DNA from: Bacillota bacterium
GTDB lineage: Bacteria; Bacillota; PH28-bin88
Reading direction: 5' to 3'
Assembly: GCA_040757295.1 (NCBI GenBank)
Contig: JBFLXH010000005.1
Coordinates: 7,014-71,013, forward strand
Length of the DNA stretch: 64,000 bases
Within the stretch, counting starts at the first letter, position 1, and every line of letters starts with the position of its first letter. Below the pieces are notes generated by a model, which saw only the letters and a list, made by a program, of their open reading frames with translations, had not been told where the DNA came from and ran no database searches. The position numbers were made by a program, and so were the translations under genes. Shown here piece by piece: positions 39,036-48,889 of the stretch.

Positions 39036-39460
39036 CCTATTTATCACAGATGGCTACCCGCTCTAAGGAACGGGGACACACCGCTTACAAATCGCTCTTG
39101 CCGCAGAAGCACTCTAAAGTTAAGGTTACAGGGGACATGTCTACCGCATTCATCCTTAACGCGGAATGTCCCCAACGCGTTCGCTTCTTTAAAGCGGCGG
39201 GATATGCTCGGCATGAAATTCGCTTTGAGGCCACATTTAATCAAGGAATAATTGGTGGCCTCGCTCATTATATGCTCGGCGAGGAATAAAATTTGATTAC
39301 AGTCAATGAAGCCGAGCATGAAATTCGCTTTGAGGCCACATTTAATCAAGGAATAATTGGTGGCCTCGCTCATTTTAAGAGCGGCTACGCCATTGTATTA
39401 ACTGGCTCTAAGCTTCAGCGGGGGTAGCAATCCCCCGCTGAAGCTTAGAGCCAGTTGAAG
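39036..39460. repeat. Repeat-dense non-coding region: two tandem 63-bp direct repeats (39206-39268, 39311-39373) each with an 8-bp-stem hairpin, plus a 21-bp-arm perfect palindrome (39402-39450)
   Basis: GAGGCCAC-N20-GTGGCCTC units, and GGCTCTAAGCTTCAGCGGGGG-tagcaat-CCCCCGCTGAAGCTTAGAGCC. Homologous units occur at 17862-17983 and 55025-55125. ORF 39044-39373 is an artefact of the tandem repeat. Confidence 0.55.
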
Positions 39461-39480
39461 GAATAGGAGGTCCTGAAGCA

Positions 39481-39732
39481 TTATTGTTCTCTGGGTTTTG
39501 CTTCATTAACTGTCAATATTCTGTTTCCTAATTCGGCCCCATTCATAGCGGAAATCATTTTTTCTGCATCCTCATCCGCCACTTCTACAAACCCAAATCC
39601 CCGGGAGCGTCCTGTTTGGCGGTCGGTAATGATGCGGCTGCTGACCACCTGGCCGTGGGCCTCAAAAGCCCTCGCTAGTTCCTCGTCATTTGTAGACCAT
39701 GGCAAATTACCTACATAAAGCGTGCGTACCAA
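39481..39732 (-). CDS. RRM-type RNA-binding protein (glycine-poor, ~83 aa)
   Basis: RNP-2 LYVGNL and RNP-1 RGFGFVEV motifs. TTG start 7 nt after AGGAGG. Confidence 0.75.
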   Translation of the reverse strand: MVRTLYVGNLPWSTNDEELARAFEAHGQVVSSRIITDRQTGRSRGFGFVEVADEDAEKMISAMNGAELGNRILTVNEAKPREQ

Positions 39733-39852
39733 GAGGTAACCTCCTAACTGCTTTGGTGTTCACCATGTATTATATACAGTGGTGAAACTAGTATACGCAG
39801 ACAGATGGGTTTTGCCCTTTTGAAAAAAAGGGGTTTTCAGGATTAATTAGCG

Positions 39853-40473
39853 CTAAGTGGAATAAATCCCCTTTTGAATAATATACCTTTCTACTGTTTC
39901 AGGTAATAAGTATTTGATTGTTCTCTTTTCTCGCACCCGGCAGCGGATATCAGTTGAAGAAATGGATAAGGCCGGCACCTCAAGCTGGTGAATCCTGTCC
40001 CTGGCTGCTGGAGGAAGCTGTTCCAGGGTAGGGTCAAGCTCAAGATTATAGCCGGGTCTGGTGGCAGCGATGAACTCGCACAGATCAACCAGGCGATGAA
40101 CCTGCTTCCATGTGAGTATTTCTAAAATTGCATCAGCGCCGGTGATAAAGTATAAGCGGCAATTGCTGCCATAGGCTTGGGCAAAATAGGATACCGTATC
40201 AATGGCAAAGGAATATCCTGGGCGGTTAATTTCCACATCGGAAATATGAAAATAAGGATTGGAGGCTATGGCCAGCTTGGTCATTTCGTACCGGTGCAGC
40301 GCATCGGTAACTCGATAGTCCTTTTTATGAGGAGGCATACCAGCAGGGACAAATATTACTTGTTCCAGCCGAAACTGATCCCGCGCTTCCTCCGCCGTAA
40401 CCAAGTGGCCTAAGTGAACTGGATCAAAGGTTCCGCCCATTAGGCCTATCCTCAAATCCTGGTTTGCGCTCAC
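39853..40473 (-). CDS. nadD: Nicotinate-nucleotide adenylyltransferase NadD
   Basis: RIGLMGGTFDPVHLGH motif. The start is proposed at the GTG 40471-40473, 6 nt after GGGAGG. The ORF-track TTG at 40536 has no RBS. Confidence 0.75.
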   Translation of the reverse strand: MSANQDLRIGLMGGTFDPVHLGHLVTAEEARDQFRLEQVIFVPAGMPPHKKDYRVTDALHRYEMTKLAIASNPYFHISDVEINRPGYSFAIDTVSYFAQAYGSNCRLYFITGADAILEILTWKQVHRLVDLCEFIAATRPGYNLELDPTLEQLPPAARDRIHQLEVPALSISSTDIRCRVREKRTIKYLLPETVERYIIQKGIYST

Positions 40474-40572
40474 GCTGTACCTCCCGCAAAGTCTTATGCT
40501 TGCCAACATTCTAACAAATATTTTTTCTGGCTGCAAACCAGTTTTACCAAATGTTTCCTGGCAAATTTCCGA

Positions 40573-41835
40573 TTATTGTCTTATATGACCATCCCCATAA
40601 ACAATGTATTTTAGACTTGTCAAGGTTTCCAATCCCATCGGCCCTCTGGCATGAAGCTTTTGGGTGCTAATTCCTATTTCCGCCCCTAATCCATACTCTC
40701 CTCCGTCGGTAAACCGGGTCGAGGCATTTACGTAAACCGCGGCGGCATCCACTTCCTGCAGAAACCTGCGGGCCCGCTGGTAGTCACTAGTTACAATGGC
40801 CTCTGAATGCTTGCTGCCATAGCGGTTGATATGGTCAAGAGCATCCTCCATGCTATCCACTACCTTAACCGCCAAAATCAGAGCCAGGTATTCGGTTTCC
40901 CAATCCTCTTCCGTTGCGGGCTTGGCTTCAGGCAACAATTCCTGGGTAAACGGACAGCCCCGGATTTCTACTCCTAACTCTATTAAGCGTCGTCCCAGGG
41001 CCGGGACTATTTGTTCAGCCTCGGCCCTGTGCACCAGGAGGGTTTCAACCGCATTACATACCCCGGGCCGCTGGGTTTTGGCGTTGATCACGATTTCAGC
41101 CGCCATTTGCGGATTAGCGCTTTCGTCAATATAAATATGGCAGTTGCCGACCCCGGTTTCGATCACCGGAACCGTAGAATTGGTTACCACTGCCCGGATC
41201 AACCCGGCTCCACCCCTGGGAATTAATACATCCAAGTAATCCCGCATCTGCATCATGATTGTAATAGCTTCTCTTTCAGCAGTTTCAATTAACTGGAAGC
41301 TTCCTAAAGGCAGTTTGCTGTCGGCAAGAGTCTGATTTAAAGCCTCTACAATAGCCAAATTTGACTGCAAAGCTTCAGAGCCGCCTCTTAAAATGACGGC
41401 ATTTCCCGTTTTTAAAGAGAGGGCTACTGCATCAACAGTTACATTAGGCCTTGCCTCGTAAATCATGCCGACTACCCCTAAGGGCACCCTGATTTGGCCG
41501 ATTTGCAGACCGTTAGGCCGTGTCCACATGCGGATTACCTCGCCAATAGGATCAGGCAAAAGGGCTACCTCCCGCAAAGCATTAGCCATCCCTTTTACTC
41601 GCTGGCTATTGAGCAGTAAACGGTCAAGCAAGGCTCCGGAAATGCCTTTATCGCGGGCACTTTTCATGTCGATTTGGTTAGCCGCCAAGATGTCTTTTTC
41701 CCGCTCTTCGATGGCTGTTGCCATAGCAAGCAAGGCTTTGTTTTTGGCTGCCGTCGACAACGAGCCTAATTTTCTGGCTGCCTCCCTAGCCAGGCGGCCT
41801 TGGGCAAATAGCCTTTCATGCAGTTCGTCGTTCAC
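40573..41835 (-). CDS. proA: Gamma-glutamyl phosphate reductase ProA
   Basis: Aldehyde-dehydrogenase-like ProA family. GTG start 5 nt after GGGGGGG. Confidence 0.85.
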   Translation of the reverse strand: MNDELHERLFAQGRLAREAARKLGSLSTAAKNKALLAMATAIEEREKDILAANQIDMKSARDKGISGALLDRLLLNSQRVKGMANALREVALLPDPIGEVIRMWTRPNGLQIGQIRVPLGVVGMIYEARPNVTVDAVALSLKTGNAVILRGGSEALQSNLAIVEALNQTLADSKLPLGSFQLIETAEREAITIMMQMRDYLDVLIPRGGAGLIRAVVTNSTVPVIETGVGNCHIYIDESANPQMAAEIVINAKTQRPGVCNAVETLLVHRAEAEQIVPALGRRLIELGVEIRGCPFTQELLPEAKPATEEDWETEYLALILAVKVVDSMEDALDHINRYGSKHSEAIVTSDYQRARRFLQEVDAAAVYVNASTRFTDGGEYGLGAEIGISTQKLHARGPMGLETLTSLKYIVYGDGHIRQ

Positions 41836-41853
41836 ATATACCCCCCCCGTTGT

Positions 41854-42993
41854 TTAATTGCAGCTGATCACCAGGTTATTCCTATGAATAACCTCATCAT
41901 AGTCCTTATAGCCTAAGATATTAATAATCTCCGCTGTCTTGCGTCCCTTGATCCGCCTGATTTCTTCCGCACTGTAATTGACCATTCCCCTGCCAATTTC
42001 GGCGCCGTCCGGATCCTGGATACTAACTACATTACCTGGCTCAAAATACCCCTCAACTCTGGTAATGCCTATGGGCAGGAGGCTCTTCCCTGTTAAACGG
42101 ACGGCCTCGGCAGCCCCTTTATCCACATGAATCTCGCCCTGTACCGGGGAACCAAAGGCAATCCATCTTTCTTTGGTGTGCAGGCGGGTATCTTTGGGGA
42201 CAAATAGAGTCCCCAGGGCTTCCCCCGCCAAGAGCCCGGCCAGAACACCGGCTCGCTTACCATTAGCTATTACCATAGGGATGCCGGAGTTCATAGCAAT
42301 TTTGGCGGCTGCAATCTTGGTGCCCATTCCCCCTGTACCCAGAGTGGAACCAGCTCCGCCAGCCAGTTTTTCAATCTCCGGGTTGATTTCCCGCACCAGA
42401 GGGATTATCCTAGCGCTTTCGTCAGTCCTTGGATCGCCGTTATAAAGGCCATCGATATCAGACAACAACACTAAGAGTTCCGCATCCACCAAACCGGCCA
42501 CCAGAGCCGAAAGAGTATCGTTATCTCCTACCCGCATCTCTTCAACAGCCACAGTATCGTTTTCATTGACTACCGGAATAACCCGATACTGGAGCAGGGT
42601 CAGCAAGGTATTTCTGGCGTTTAGGAAACGGCGCCGGTTATTCATATCCTCTCTGGTAAGCAGAACCTGACCCACAGCGTAACCGTACTCACTGAACAGT
42701 TTCTCATACATATGCATTAACAGTCCCTGACCTACTGCTGCGGCAGCCTGTTTTTCGGGAATTGTTTTGGGCTTTTTGTTAAATCCCAACCTGCCCATCC
42801 CGGCCCCAATGGCTCCCGAGGTTACCAAAACTACCTGGCGTCCCTGGTTGGCCAGGTCAGCCAACTCCCGCACCAGCCTTTCCAGTTGGGCCAGGTTTAA
42901 CTTGCCGGTACCATGAGTCAAGGAACTGGTACCGACTTTTACCACTAACCTTTCTGCCCCGGCTAGCCCCTTGCGAGCTTCTGTCTCCACCAT
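41854..42993 (-). CDS. proB: Glutamate 5-kinase ProB (with PUA domain)
   Basis: LVVKVGTSSLT ... amino-acid-kinase fold. GAGGTGG 6 nt before the ATG. Confidence 0.85.
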   Translation of the reverse strand: MVETEARKGLAGAERLVVKVGTSSLTHGTGKLNLAQLERLVRELADLANQGRQVVLVTSGAIGAGMGRLGFNKKPKTIPEKQAAAAVGQGLLMHMYEKLFSEYGYAVGQVLLTREDMNNRRRFLNARNTLLTLLQYRVIPVVNENDTVAVEEMRVGDNDTLSALVAGLVDAELLVLLSDIDGLYNGDPRTDESARIIPLVREINPEIEKLAGGAGSTLGTGGMGTKIAAAKIAMNSGIPMVIANGKRAGVLAGLLAGEALGTLFVPKDTRLHTKERWIAFGSPVQGEIHVDKGAAEAVRLTGKSLLPIGITRVEGYFEPGNVVSIQDPDGAEIGRGMVNYSAEEIRRIKGRKTAEIINILGYKDYDEVIHRNNLVISCN

Positions 42994-43022
42994 CTACACC
43001 CACCTCATTAAATTAGGTAGTC

Positions 43023-43460
43023 AGAATTCAGCACTTAGTATTCAGAATTTTTCACGCAACCGTCCTCCCATTCTGACTCCTGCCCTGAAAATAAAATTTC
43101 CTGTTAGGTTTTTAAAGGCTACTTGACTGCCTTGGTGTTACCTCTGTAAACGACGGCGCTCTTATTCCTGAACGAGCTCGGTCACCGTGCGGGAGACTTG
43201 GCGGCTTTGCCGCCTTAGTCGGACGGTCTACCCCTTGCGGGTATTCGGGACGCACCGGAACCCGGGCCTACGGCCCTCAAACACCGGCTGCGTCTAATCC
43301 TCAGGTTCCTCGCTCTTTGAACTTAAGCGCCGTAATGTTTACTTCCGGTAATCACCAATGCATCCTAGTTTGAAAATACAATTTTCCTCGCCTGATGGTG
43401 CCGCCATAGGCGGCATGGGGGTCTGACTCCTGTTACTTATTAGGTAGTCGGAATTCAGCA
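43023..43460 (-). repeat. Structured non-coding repeat element, copy B (~440 bp, inverted relative to copy A), bounded by 22-bp direct repeats TTAGGTAGTC(A/G)GAATTCAGCAC
   Basis: The reverse complement aligns with 6500-6908 at ~88%, with loop-only and compensatory-looking changes around conserved hairpins. It lies between the yhbY 3' end and the proB RBS. Confidence 0.6.
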
Positions 43461-43854
43461 CCCAAGACAGGAGAACCGTCCCCTTGTCTCCGGCCAGCAC
43501 CCAAGACAGGAGAACCGTCCCCTTGTCTATTCGGCCAGCACCCAAGACAGGAGAACCGTCCCCTTGTCTATTCTGCGGTTTTTTCTTGGAAGGCCGGTAA
43601 AAAAGAAGGGTGCGGCCAATAACCTGCACCAGGTCCGCGCCGGTACCCTGAGCCAGATCAACCGCCACTTGTTCAGTTTCTTCTTCGCAGTTTTGCAGGA
43701 CCTTAGCCTTCACCAATTCCCTGGCCTCCAGGGCCTCGTCCAATTGGCGCAAGACATTGTCATTAAGCCCGCCCTTGCCCACCTGAACGATTGCCTCCAG
43801 GCTCGTCCCCATGGCTCTTAAATAGCGCTTCTGTTTTCCGCTTAAGGCTGCCAT
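43339..43854 (-). CDS. yhbY: Ribosome-assembly RNA-binding protein YhbY (CRS1/YhbY domain) with an aberrant ~75-aa C-terminal extension read through the tandem repeat into repeat element B
   Basis: Residues 1-95 (MAALSGKQKRYLRAMG ... LVQVIGRTLLFYRPSKKKPQ) form a complete YhbY domain. No stop follows. Translation continues through the repeat units (giving DKGTVLLSWVL twice) and ends at a TAA inside element B (43339). ATG at 43852-43854 lies 6 nt after GGGGAGG. Confidence 0.6.
   Translation of the reverse strand: MAALSGKQKRYLRAMGTSLEAIVQVGKGGLNDNVLRQLDEALEARELVKAKVLQNCEEETEQVAVDLAQGTGADLVQVIGRTLLFYRPSKKKPQNRQGDGSPVLGAGRIDKGTVLLSWVLAGDKGTVLLSWVLNSDYLISNRSQTPMPPMAAPSGEENCIFKLGCIGDYRK
43459..43578. 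repeat. Tandem direct repeat, 3 units of 39-41 bp (CACCCAAGACAGGAGAACCGTCCCCTTGTCT(ATT)CGGCCAG), each with an internal hairpin
   Basis: Read directly. No spacers between units, so this is not a CRISPR array. Confidence 0.65.
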
Positions 43855-43871
43855 ACTGTTCCTCCCCACGT

Positions 43872-45149
43872 TTATGCCTCGTCCACAAATTCAAACTCCT
43901 TTTTTTTGATGCGCACCATATCTCCGTTTTTCGCCCCAAGCTCCCTTAGGGCCTGGTCAACGCCAATTATCTTTAAGATCTTTGCAAATCTTTTAACAGC
44001 GGCCTCGTTAGCGAAATTTGTCATCGCCAGGTGGCGTTCGACCTCCTTACCAGCTACAACAAATACATTTCCATCCCGTTCGATAGTAAAACGCTCCTCT
44101 GCCGTAGCCATCCGGTGAACCACATACTCCGGAACCGTTTCAGGCTCTTCCTCCGGCAGGGCCGCCAAGGCCTCCGCTACCCTCCGCATCAGGGCCTCAA
44201 GGCCCTGACCGGTAGCAGCGGAAATAGGAAACACTTCATATTCTTCTTCAAAATGCTCCCTGAAGCGCTGCAGGTTTTCCTGGGCCTGGGGGAGGTCCAT
44301 CTTATTAGCCGCCACCAACTGGGGACGCTCTAAAAGTTTGGGGTTATACAGCTCCAGTTCCTTGTTGATGGTGATAAAGTCCTGCACAACATCCCGCCCC
44401 TCAGTCGCAGCAGCATCCAATACATGGACAAGGAGTTTAGTCCGTTCAATATGCTGCAAAAAATCGTGGCCTAAACCAGCCCCCTGGTGGGCGCCTTCAA
44501 TTAAGCCTGGAATATCAGCCACTACAAAGCTTTCTCCGCTTTCCTTCTGTACCACGCCCAGATAGGGAACCAAAGTGGTAAATGGGTAATCTGCCACTTT
44601 GGGTTTTGCTGCTGAGATCCTGGAAATCAGGGTAGACTTTCCTGCGTTTGGAAACCCGATTAAGCCTACATCCGCCAAGAGCCGCAACTCCAATTCCAGC
44701 CAGCGCTCTTCGCCTGGCTCACCGTTTTCCGCCAAAGTGGGCACTCGGTTCTGGGCGCTGGCAAAACGGGCATTGCCCCGCCCCCCTCTGCCGCCTTTTG
44801 CCGCTACAAAACGATCTTCCGGTCCAACCAGATCGGCAATCAGTTCACCCGATTCCGCATCTTTAACCATAGTCCCCGGGGGAACCTTTATTACCAGGTC
44901 CTCCCCGCCGCTGCCATGCATGTTTTTACCCTGGCCATGCTGGCCCCTTTCGGCTTTATAATGGCGCTTGTAGCGAAAATCCACTAGTGTCCTTAAACCG
45001 GGGTCAGTGACCAGGATTACATCTCCGCCTTTACCCCCATCCCCTCCGCTGGGGCCTCCCTGAGGGACGTATTTCTCCCGCCTGAACGCAACAACTCCGT
45101 TGCCGCCATCGCCGCCCTTAACATAAATTTTTGCATGATCAAAGAACAT
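43872..45149 (-). CDS. obg: GTPase Obg/CgtA
   Basis: KIYVKGGDGGNGVVAFRREKYVPQGGPSGGDGGKGG Obg fold plus GTPase motifs. Confidence 0.9.
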   Translation of the reverse strand: MFFDHAKIYVKGGDGGNGVVAFRREKYVPQGGPSGGDGGKGGDVILVTDPGLRTLVDFRYKRHYKAERGQHGQGKNMHGSGGEDLVIKVPPGTMVKDAESGELIADLVGPEDRFVAAKGGRGGRGNARFASAQNRVPTLAENGEPGEERWLELELRLLADVGLIGFPNAGKSTLISRISAAKPKVADYPFTTLVPYLGVVQKESGESFVVADIPGLIEGAHQGAGLGHDFLQHIERTKLLVHVLDAAATEGRDVVQDFITINKELELYNPKLLERPQLVAANKMDLPQAQENLQRFREHFEEEYEVFPISAATGQGLEALMRRVAEALAALPEEEPETVPEYVVHRMATAEERFTIERDGNVFVVAGKEVERHLAMTNFANEAAVKRFAKILKIIGVDQALRELGAKNGDMVRIKKKEFEFVDEA

Positions 45150-45286
45150 ATACTATTCACCTTCAAATAACAATTTACCAGCCCTTAATAAAACTATTTG
45201 ACTGCCTTGGGGTTTGTCGCTAGCTAATATTCTTATTTATGTTTTCCAATGTGGGTTTATTGCAATCCTGGCCAGGTGAGATTCAA

Positions 45287-45856
45287 TTAACTGTTTTTTC
45301 GCTTTTCCAGGGAGATTTCCCAACCGCCGGCTATCGACCGGCCTGAACAGCTTATATCCCTTTCATTACAGGAAAGAAACAGGTGTTCAAAAGCCTCTTT
45401 TACTCTTTCAAAGGTGTTATCTTGCCAGTTAACCTGAAATCTTAACCAGTCAAAATCCTGGCTTACCGATAATTGGGCTTGTAGCCATTTATCTTCTCGG
45501 ATCTCAATAGCAAATCCTGCCAAAACCAGGTCCCAGGCCATACTTACTATCTCTTCCGGCAACAGGCACTCGGCCGGAAAACCAGGCGTTTGGCAGTCAA
45601 AACTTGCATATACCCCCATGTCCTCAGCCTTTTTCCTGTTAAGAAGACAGCAGAGCGCCAGACCAGGGGGCTGAAGCGAAAACAAGGCGCTGCCGGCAGA
45701 GACCTGAGCAATGGCTTCCCGGGCATATTCATGGGCCTTTTGATGCCGGTTTAGCTGCAGGTAACCGACAATAACTTGAAGGTGATTTAAAAAATCGTGC
45801 CTTTCGGTTCTTAAGATAGAGATCAGGTCCCTAGACTCCTCTTGACCAGTCGCCAT
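45287..45856 (-). CDS. Spo0B-like sporulation phosphotransferase (HisKA-like four-helix-bundle protein)
   Basis: N-terminal HDFLNHLQVIVGYLQL resembles the Spo0B His-phosphotransfer helix. The position between rpmA and obg matches B. subtilis spo0B. Confidence 0.5.
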   Translation of the reverse strand: MATGQEESRDLISILRTERHDFLNHLQVIVGYLQLNRHQKAHEYAREAIAQVSAGSALFSLQPPGLALCCLLNRKKAEDMGVYASFDCQTPGFPAECLLPEEIVSMAWDLVLAGFAIEIREDKWLQAQLSVSQDFDWLRFQVNWQDNTFERVKEAFEHLFLSCNERDISCSGRSIAGGWEISLEKRKNS

Positions 45857-46071
45857 TTTCTAGTACCCCCCTGGAAGCGTTGGCTATATCATTAATTTAC
45901 CATATCAAACCACGGACGCAAAAGAACAAAATCTTCTTTTCGAAAACTTAATATGGCTGATTTTCTTGAAACCCATTACGGAAATTATGAATTATCCACA
46001 TTTTTTAAAGGAGCATAATTTCCTGGTAAAAAAAAAAAGAAAAACCCCGCAGCGGGGTTTTTCTAAACTGC

Positions 46072-46350
46072 CTATAATGCGTATACGCTGACCTGCTTTT
46101 TGTCTCTGCCCATGCGCTCGAATTTAACCTTGCCGCCAACCAGGGCAAATAAGGTGTCGTCTTTGCCAATACCAACATTTTCACCAGGATGAATTCTGGT
46201 ACCTCTTTGCCTTACGATAATGCTTCCGGCGTTAATAACCTGCCCGTCGTGACTTTTTACTCCAAGACGCTTCGGCAGGCTGTCACGACCGTTACGAGAA
46301 CTGCCAACCCCTTTTTTATGCGCAAACAGCTGTAAGTTCATTTTAATCAT
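46072..46350 (-). CDS. rpmA: 50S ribosomal protein L27 (with N-terminal propeptide)
   Basis: [24 protein letters not shown] ... ATG at 46348-46350 lies 7 nt after AGGAGGTG. Confidence 0.9.
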   Translation of the reverse strand: MIKMNLQLFAHKKGVGSSRNGRDSLPKRLGVKSHDGQVINAGSIIVRQRGTRIHPGENVGIGKDDTLFALVGGKVKFERMGRDKKQVSVYAL

Positions 46351-46681
46351 AGCTATACACCTCCTCTGATATTTCCACATACTTGCCGTAGTTTTCCTTG
46401 ATAGCAGTTAACCCTAAATACATTGTTCGCAGAATTGTTTCCGCCTGCAGAGCTTCTTTTCCCGTAACAGGGCGGGCGCGGCAATCCAAAAAACCATCTC
46501 TGACTTCCACATCCACTCTGTTGCCCAAGTAATGGCAAAGACCAAGAACCGCAGTCTGAGCCAGCACTGAAACCGCTGCACAAACAATATCTTTTCCCGC
46601 TGGAGCAAAACCGGAGTGTCCCTGGGCTTTGAAACCTGACAACCGCCCCTCCGGTGTTTGATAAAAAGAGACAGTAACCAT
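46343..46681 (-). CDS. prp: Ribosomal-processing cysteine protease Prp (YsxB/DUF464)
   Basis: 112 aa between rplU and rpmA. The start overlaps the rplU stop (TAATG). Confidence 0.8.
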   Translation of the reverse strand: MVTVSFYQTPEGRLSGFKAQGHSGFAPAGKDIVCAAVSVLAQTAVLGLCHYLGNRVDVEVRDGFLDCRARPVTGKEALQAETILRTMYLGLTAIKENYGKYVEISEEVYSYD

Positions 46682-46995
46682 TAAGCCTGGATGCTTTCCA
46701 CCACCAACTGGGTATAGGGTTGCCGGTGTCCTTGCTTGCGGCGATAGTTCTTCTTGGCTTTATACTTAAAAACAATGATTTTCTTGCCTTTTCCTTGGTG
46801 GTTAGCTCTACAGATTACCTTAGCGCCGGAAACCGTAGGAGAACCTAATTTAAGGTCTCCGTCTACTGAAACAGCTAAAACAGTATCGATCTCAACAGGA
46901 GCCCCGTCTTCCACCGGAAGCTTCTCCACCCGCAATACCTGGCCTTCCTCTACGCGGTACTGTTTGCCTCCAGTTTGAATAATTGCGTATTTCAT
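46681..46995 (-). CDS. rplU: 50S ribosomal protein L21
   Basis: [19 protein letters not shown] ... ATG at 46993-46995 lies 5 nt after AAGGAGAG. Confidence 0.9.
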   Translation of the reverse strand: MKYAIIQTGGKQYRVEEGQVLRVEKLPVEDGAPVEIDTVLAVSVDGDLKLGSPTVSGAKVICRANHQGKGKKIIVFKYKAKKNYRRKQGHRQPYTQLVVESIQA

Positions 46996-47118
46996 AATAT
47001 CTCTCCTTCGCCAAATACTCGCCTGCACGGGTAGCCTGGCGGCTTTTGATACCCTGCCAGAGCGGTTTTGCAACGTCTTACAAATAATGATATTAGCACA
47101 GCCTCGTCATTCTGTCAA
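46996..47118 (-). promoter_or_regulatory. SigA promoter (-35 TTGACA 47113-47118, 17 nt, -10 TAATAT 47090-47095) and ~85-nt structured leader of the rplU operon (possible L21-leader type autoregulatory element)
   Basis: Consensus promoter read directly. The leader contains paired segments (GCCAGGCUACCCGUGCAGGC ...). The L21-leader assignment is by position only. Confidence 0.4.
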
Positions 47119-47155
47119 GGAAAGAACTCCCCTTAAAATCACGGCCTCCAGGACT

Positions 47156-48835
47156 TTAATGGGCTGTCAGAGGGCGAGCCTTTGCACTTGTGCGCAAGAC
47201 CTTAATTATTTCCACCGGGATTTCCCGGCCCACCAGAGAAGCAGCTCCGGCCACATCTAAAATAAACCCGTTAACCCGGGCAATTCCATCCTGATTGTTT
47301 GCCGCATGGGTTTCTTCGATTTTCACCATAATAACCTCTCCGACTTGGACAGGCGCAGACAGGCCGCTGGCTTGCTCAAGGTCAATCCCCTTAATGTGAA
47401 ACTCCTCCAAGTGCAGACTCTCCACTCCTTTTATTACCACCTGCTTCCCGGTACAGACCTCCAAATGGCGCAGGCCAGCGCCGCCGCTGCCAATAACCAA
47501 AGCTGCCACAGCAGGATTGGCCTCTACCAGCAGTACCGGATAAAGGCTAAATTCTGCAAAGGAAAGAATTTGCTTCTTGCAGCGCAAGCTAATCGTTTCT
47601 GCCGACAAAACCTTTCCACTGCCCTCACAGTAAGGACAATCTTTCTGCAGCAATTTAGCCAGGCCCTGCCTTGCTTTTTTTCTCGTAAGCTCAACTAATC
47701 CCAGCCGAGTAAGACCCTGGATAGAGGTCTTGGTTTTATCTTTCTTCAGTTCGTCCTCCAGAGTTTTGAGGACCTTTTCCTGGTGGCTCAAATCCTCCAT
47801 ATCGATAAAATCAATGATAATAATCCCGCCAGTATTGCGCAGGCGAATTTGCCTGGCTATCTCCACAGCAGCCTCTAAATTAGTCTTTAAGACCGTATCC
47901 GAAAGGTTGGTGCTGCCCACAAATTTACCCGTATTGACATCAATTGCTGTCAAGGCTTCCGTCTGGTCAATCACCAGGTACCCTCCGCACTTAAGCCAAA
48001 CCTTACGCCGCAAAGCCTCCTGGATCTGGGAGTACACGTTATGGACAGAAAAAAGGTCCCTGTTATCCAGTCTCACTTTTGAACGTAAAGAGGGCGCCAT
48101 GGCCTCCACCATTTCCATCACCCTGTCATGGGCCTCCCGGGAATTGACGGTTAGCCGGTCCACTTCTGTGTTAAACAGGTCTCTTAATATCCGGTCCAGG
48201 AGTTCCACATCCCGGTGCAACAGGTGGGGGGCAGGAACTCGTTCTGATTTTGCTACAACCCTGTTCCATTGGTTGGCCAGGTTATGGAAATCCCTTGCCA
48301 GCTCCTCATTTGACACGCCTTCAGCAACCGTCCTTACTATTAATCCCATTGCAGGCGCCTTTATTTCCTGGGTCAATTTTTTGAGACGGTTCCGTTCGGC
48401 TTCACTTTCAATTCGCCTGGATATTCCCACATAATCCACTCCGGGCATCAAGATAACGTATCGCCCAGGCAAGGTAATCCTGGTGGTAACTCGAGCCCCT
48501 TTACCGCCAAGAGGTTCCTTAGCAACCTGGACAATCAGTTCCTGTCCTTCCTTGACCAGGGCATCAATGGAGGGACGGGCCTGCTTGCTATTTTTTGCCT
48601 GATCACGGGGCGGTATTACATCCTCTACATAAAGAAAAGAGTTCCGATCAAGCCCAATGTCCACGAAAGCAGCCTGCATACCCGGAAGAACATTGATTAC
48701 CCGGCCCTTGTAGATATTCCCCACCAAGCGGGAATGGACAGGCTGTTCCAAATATATTTCCACCAACCGGTGGTCCTCCAGTACAGCCACCGAGGTTTCC
48801 TCATCATCCATTTGCACCAGCATTTCCCTATACAC
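47156..48835 (-). CDS. rng: Ribonuclease G/E family endoribonuclease (Rng)
   Basis: S1 domain plus RNase E/G catalytic core (... NIYKGRVINVLPGMQAAFVDIG ...), 559 aa. GTG start 5 nt after AGAGGGGTG. Confidence 0.8.
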   Translation of the reverse strand: MYREMLVQMDDEETSVAVLEDHRLVEIYLEQPVHSRLVGNIYKGRVINVLPGMQAAFVDIGLDRNSFLYVEDVIPPRDQAKNSKQARPSIDALVKEGQELIVQVAKEPLGGKGARVTTRITLPGRYVILMPGVDYVGISRRIESEAERNRLKKLTQEIKAPAMGLIVRTVAEGVSNEELARDFHNLANQWNRVVAKSERVPAPHLLHRDVELLDRILRDLFNTEVDRLTVNSREAHDRVMEMVEAMAPSLRSKVRLDNRDLFSVHNVYSQIQEALRRKVWLKCGGYLVIDQTEALTAIDVNTGKFVGSTNLSDTVLKTNLEAAVEIARQIRLRNTGGIIIIDFIDMEDLSHQEKVLKTLEDELKKDKTKTSIQGLTRLGLVELTRKKARQGLAKLLQKDCPYCEGSGKVLSAETISLRCKKQILSFAEFSLYPVLLVEANPAVAALVIGSGGAGLRHLEVCTGKQVVIKGVESLHLEEFHIKGIDLEQASGLSAPVQVGEVIMVKIEETHAANNQDGIARVNGFILDVAGAASLVGREIPVEIIKVLRTSAKARPLTAH

Positions 48836-48889
48836 TATTTCACCCCTCTATCTCCAGCCTTAATCCTTTGCCAAAAAATGATTTCCAGA

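Noticed and set aside
39044-39373. 109-aa ORF with internal duplication MSEATNYSLIKCGLKANFM
   Set aside because: It is produced by the 63-bp tandem DNA repeat in a non-coding spacer. It has no RBS, and the hairpin-forming repeat is typical of REP-like elements.
43459-43578. Three ~40-bp direct repeats resembling a CRISPR array
   Set aside because: The units are contiguous with no spacers. The array is translated as part of the yhbY extension. No cas genes are nearby.
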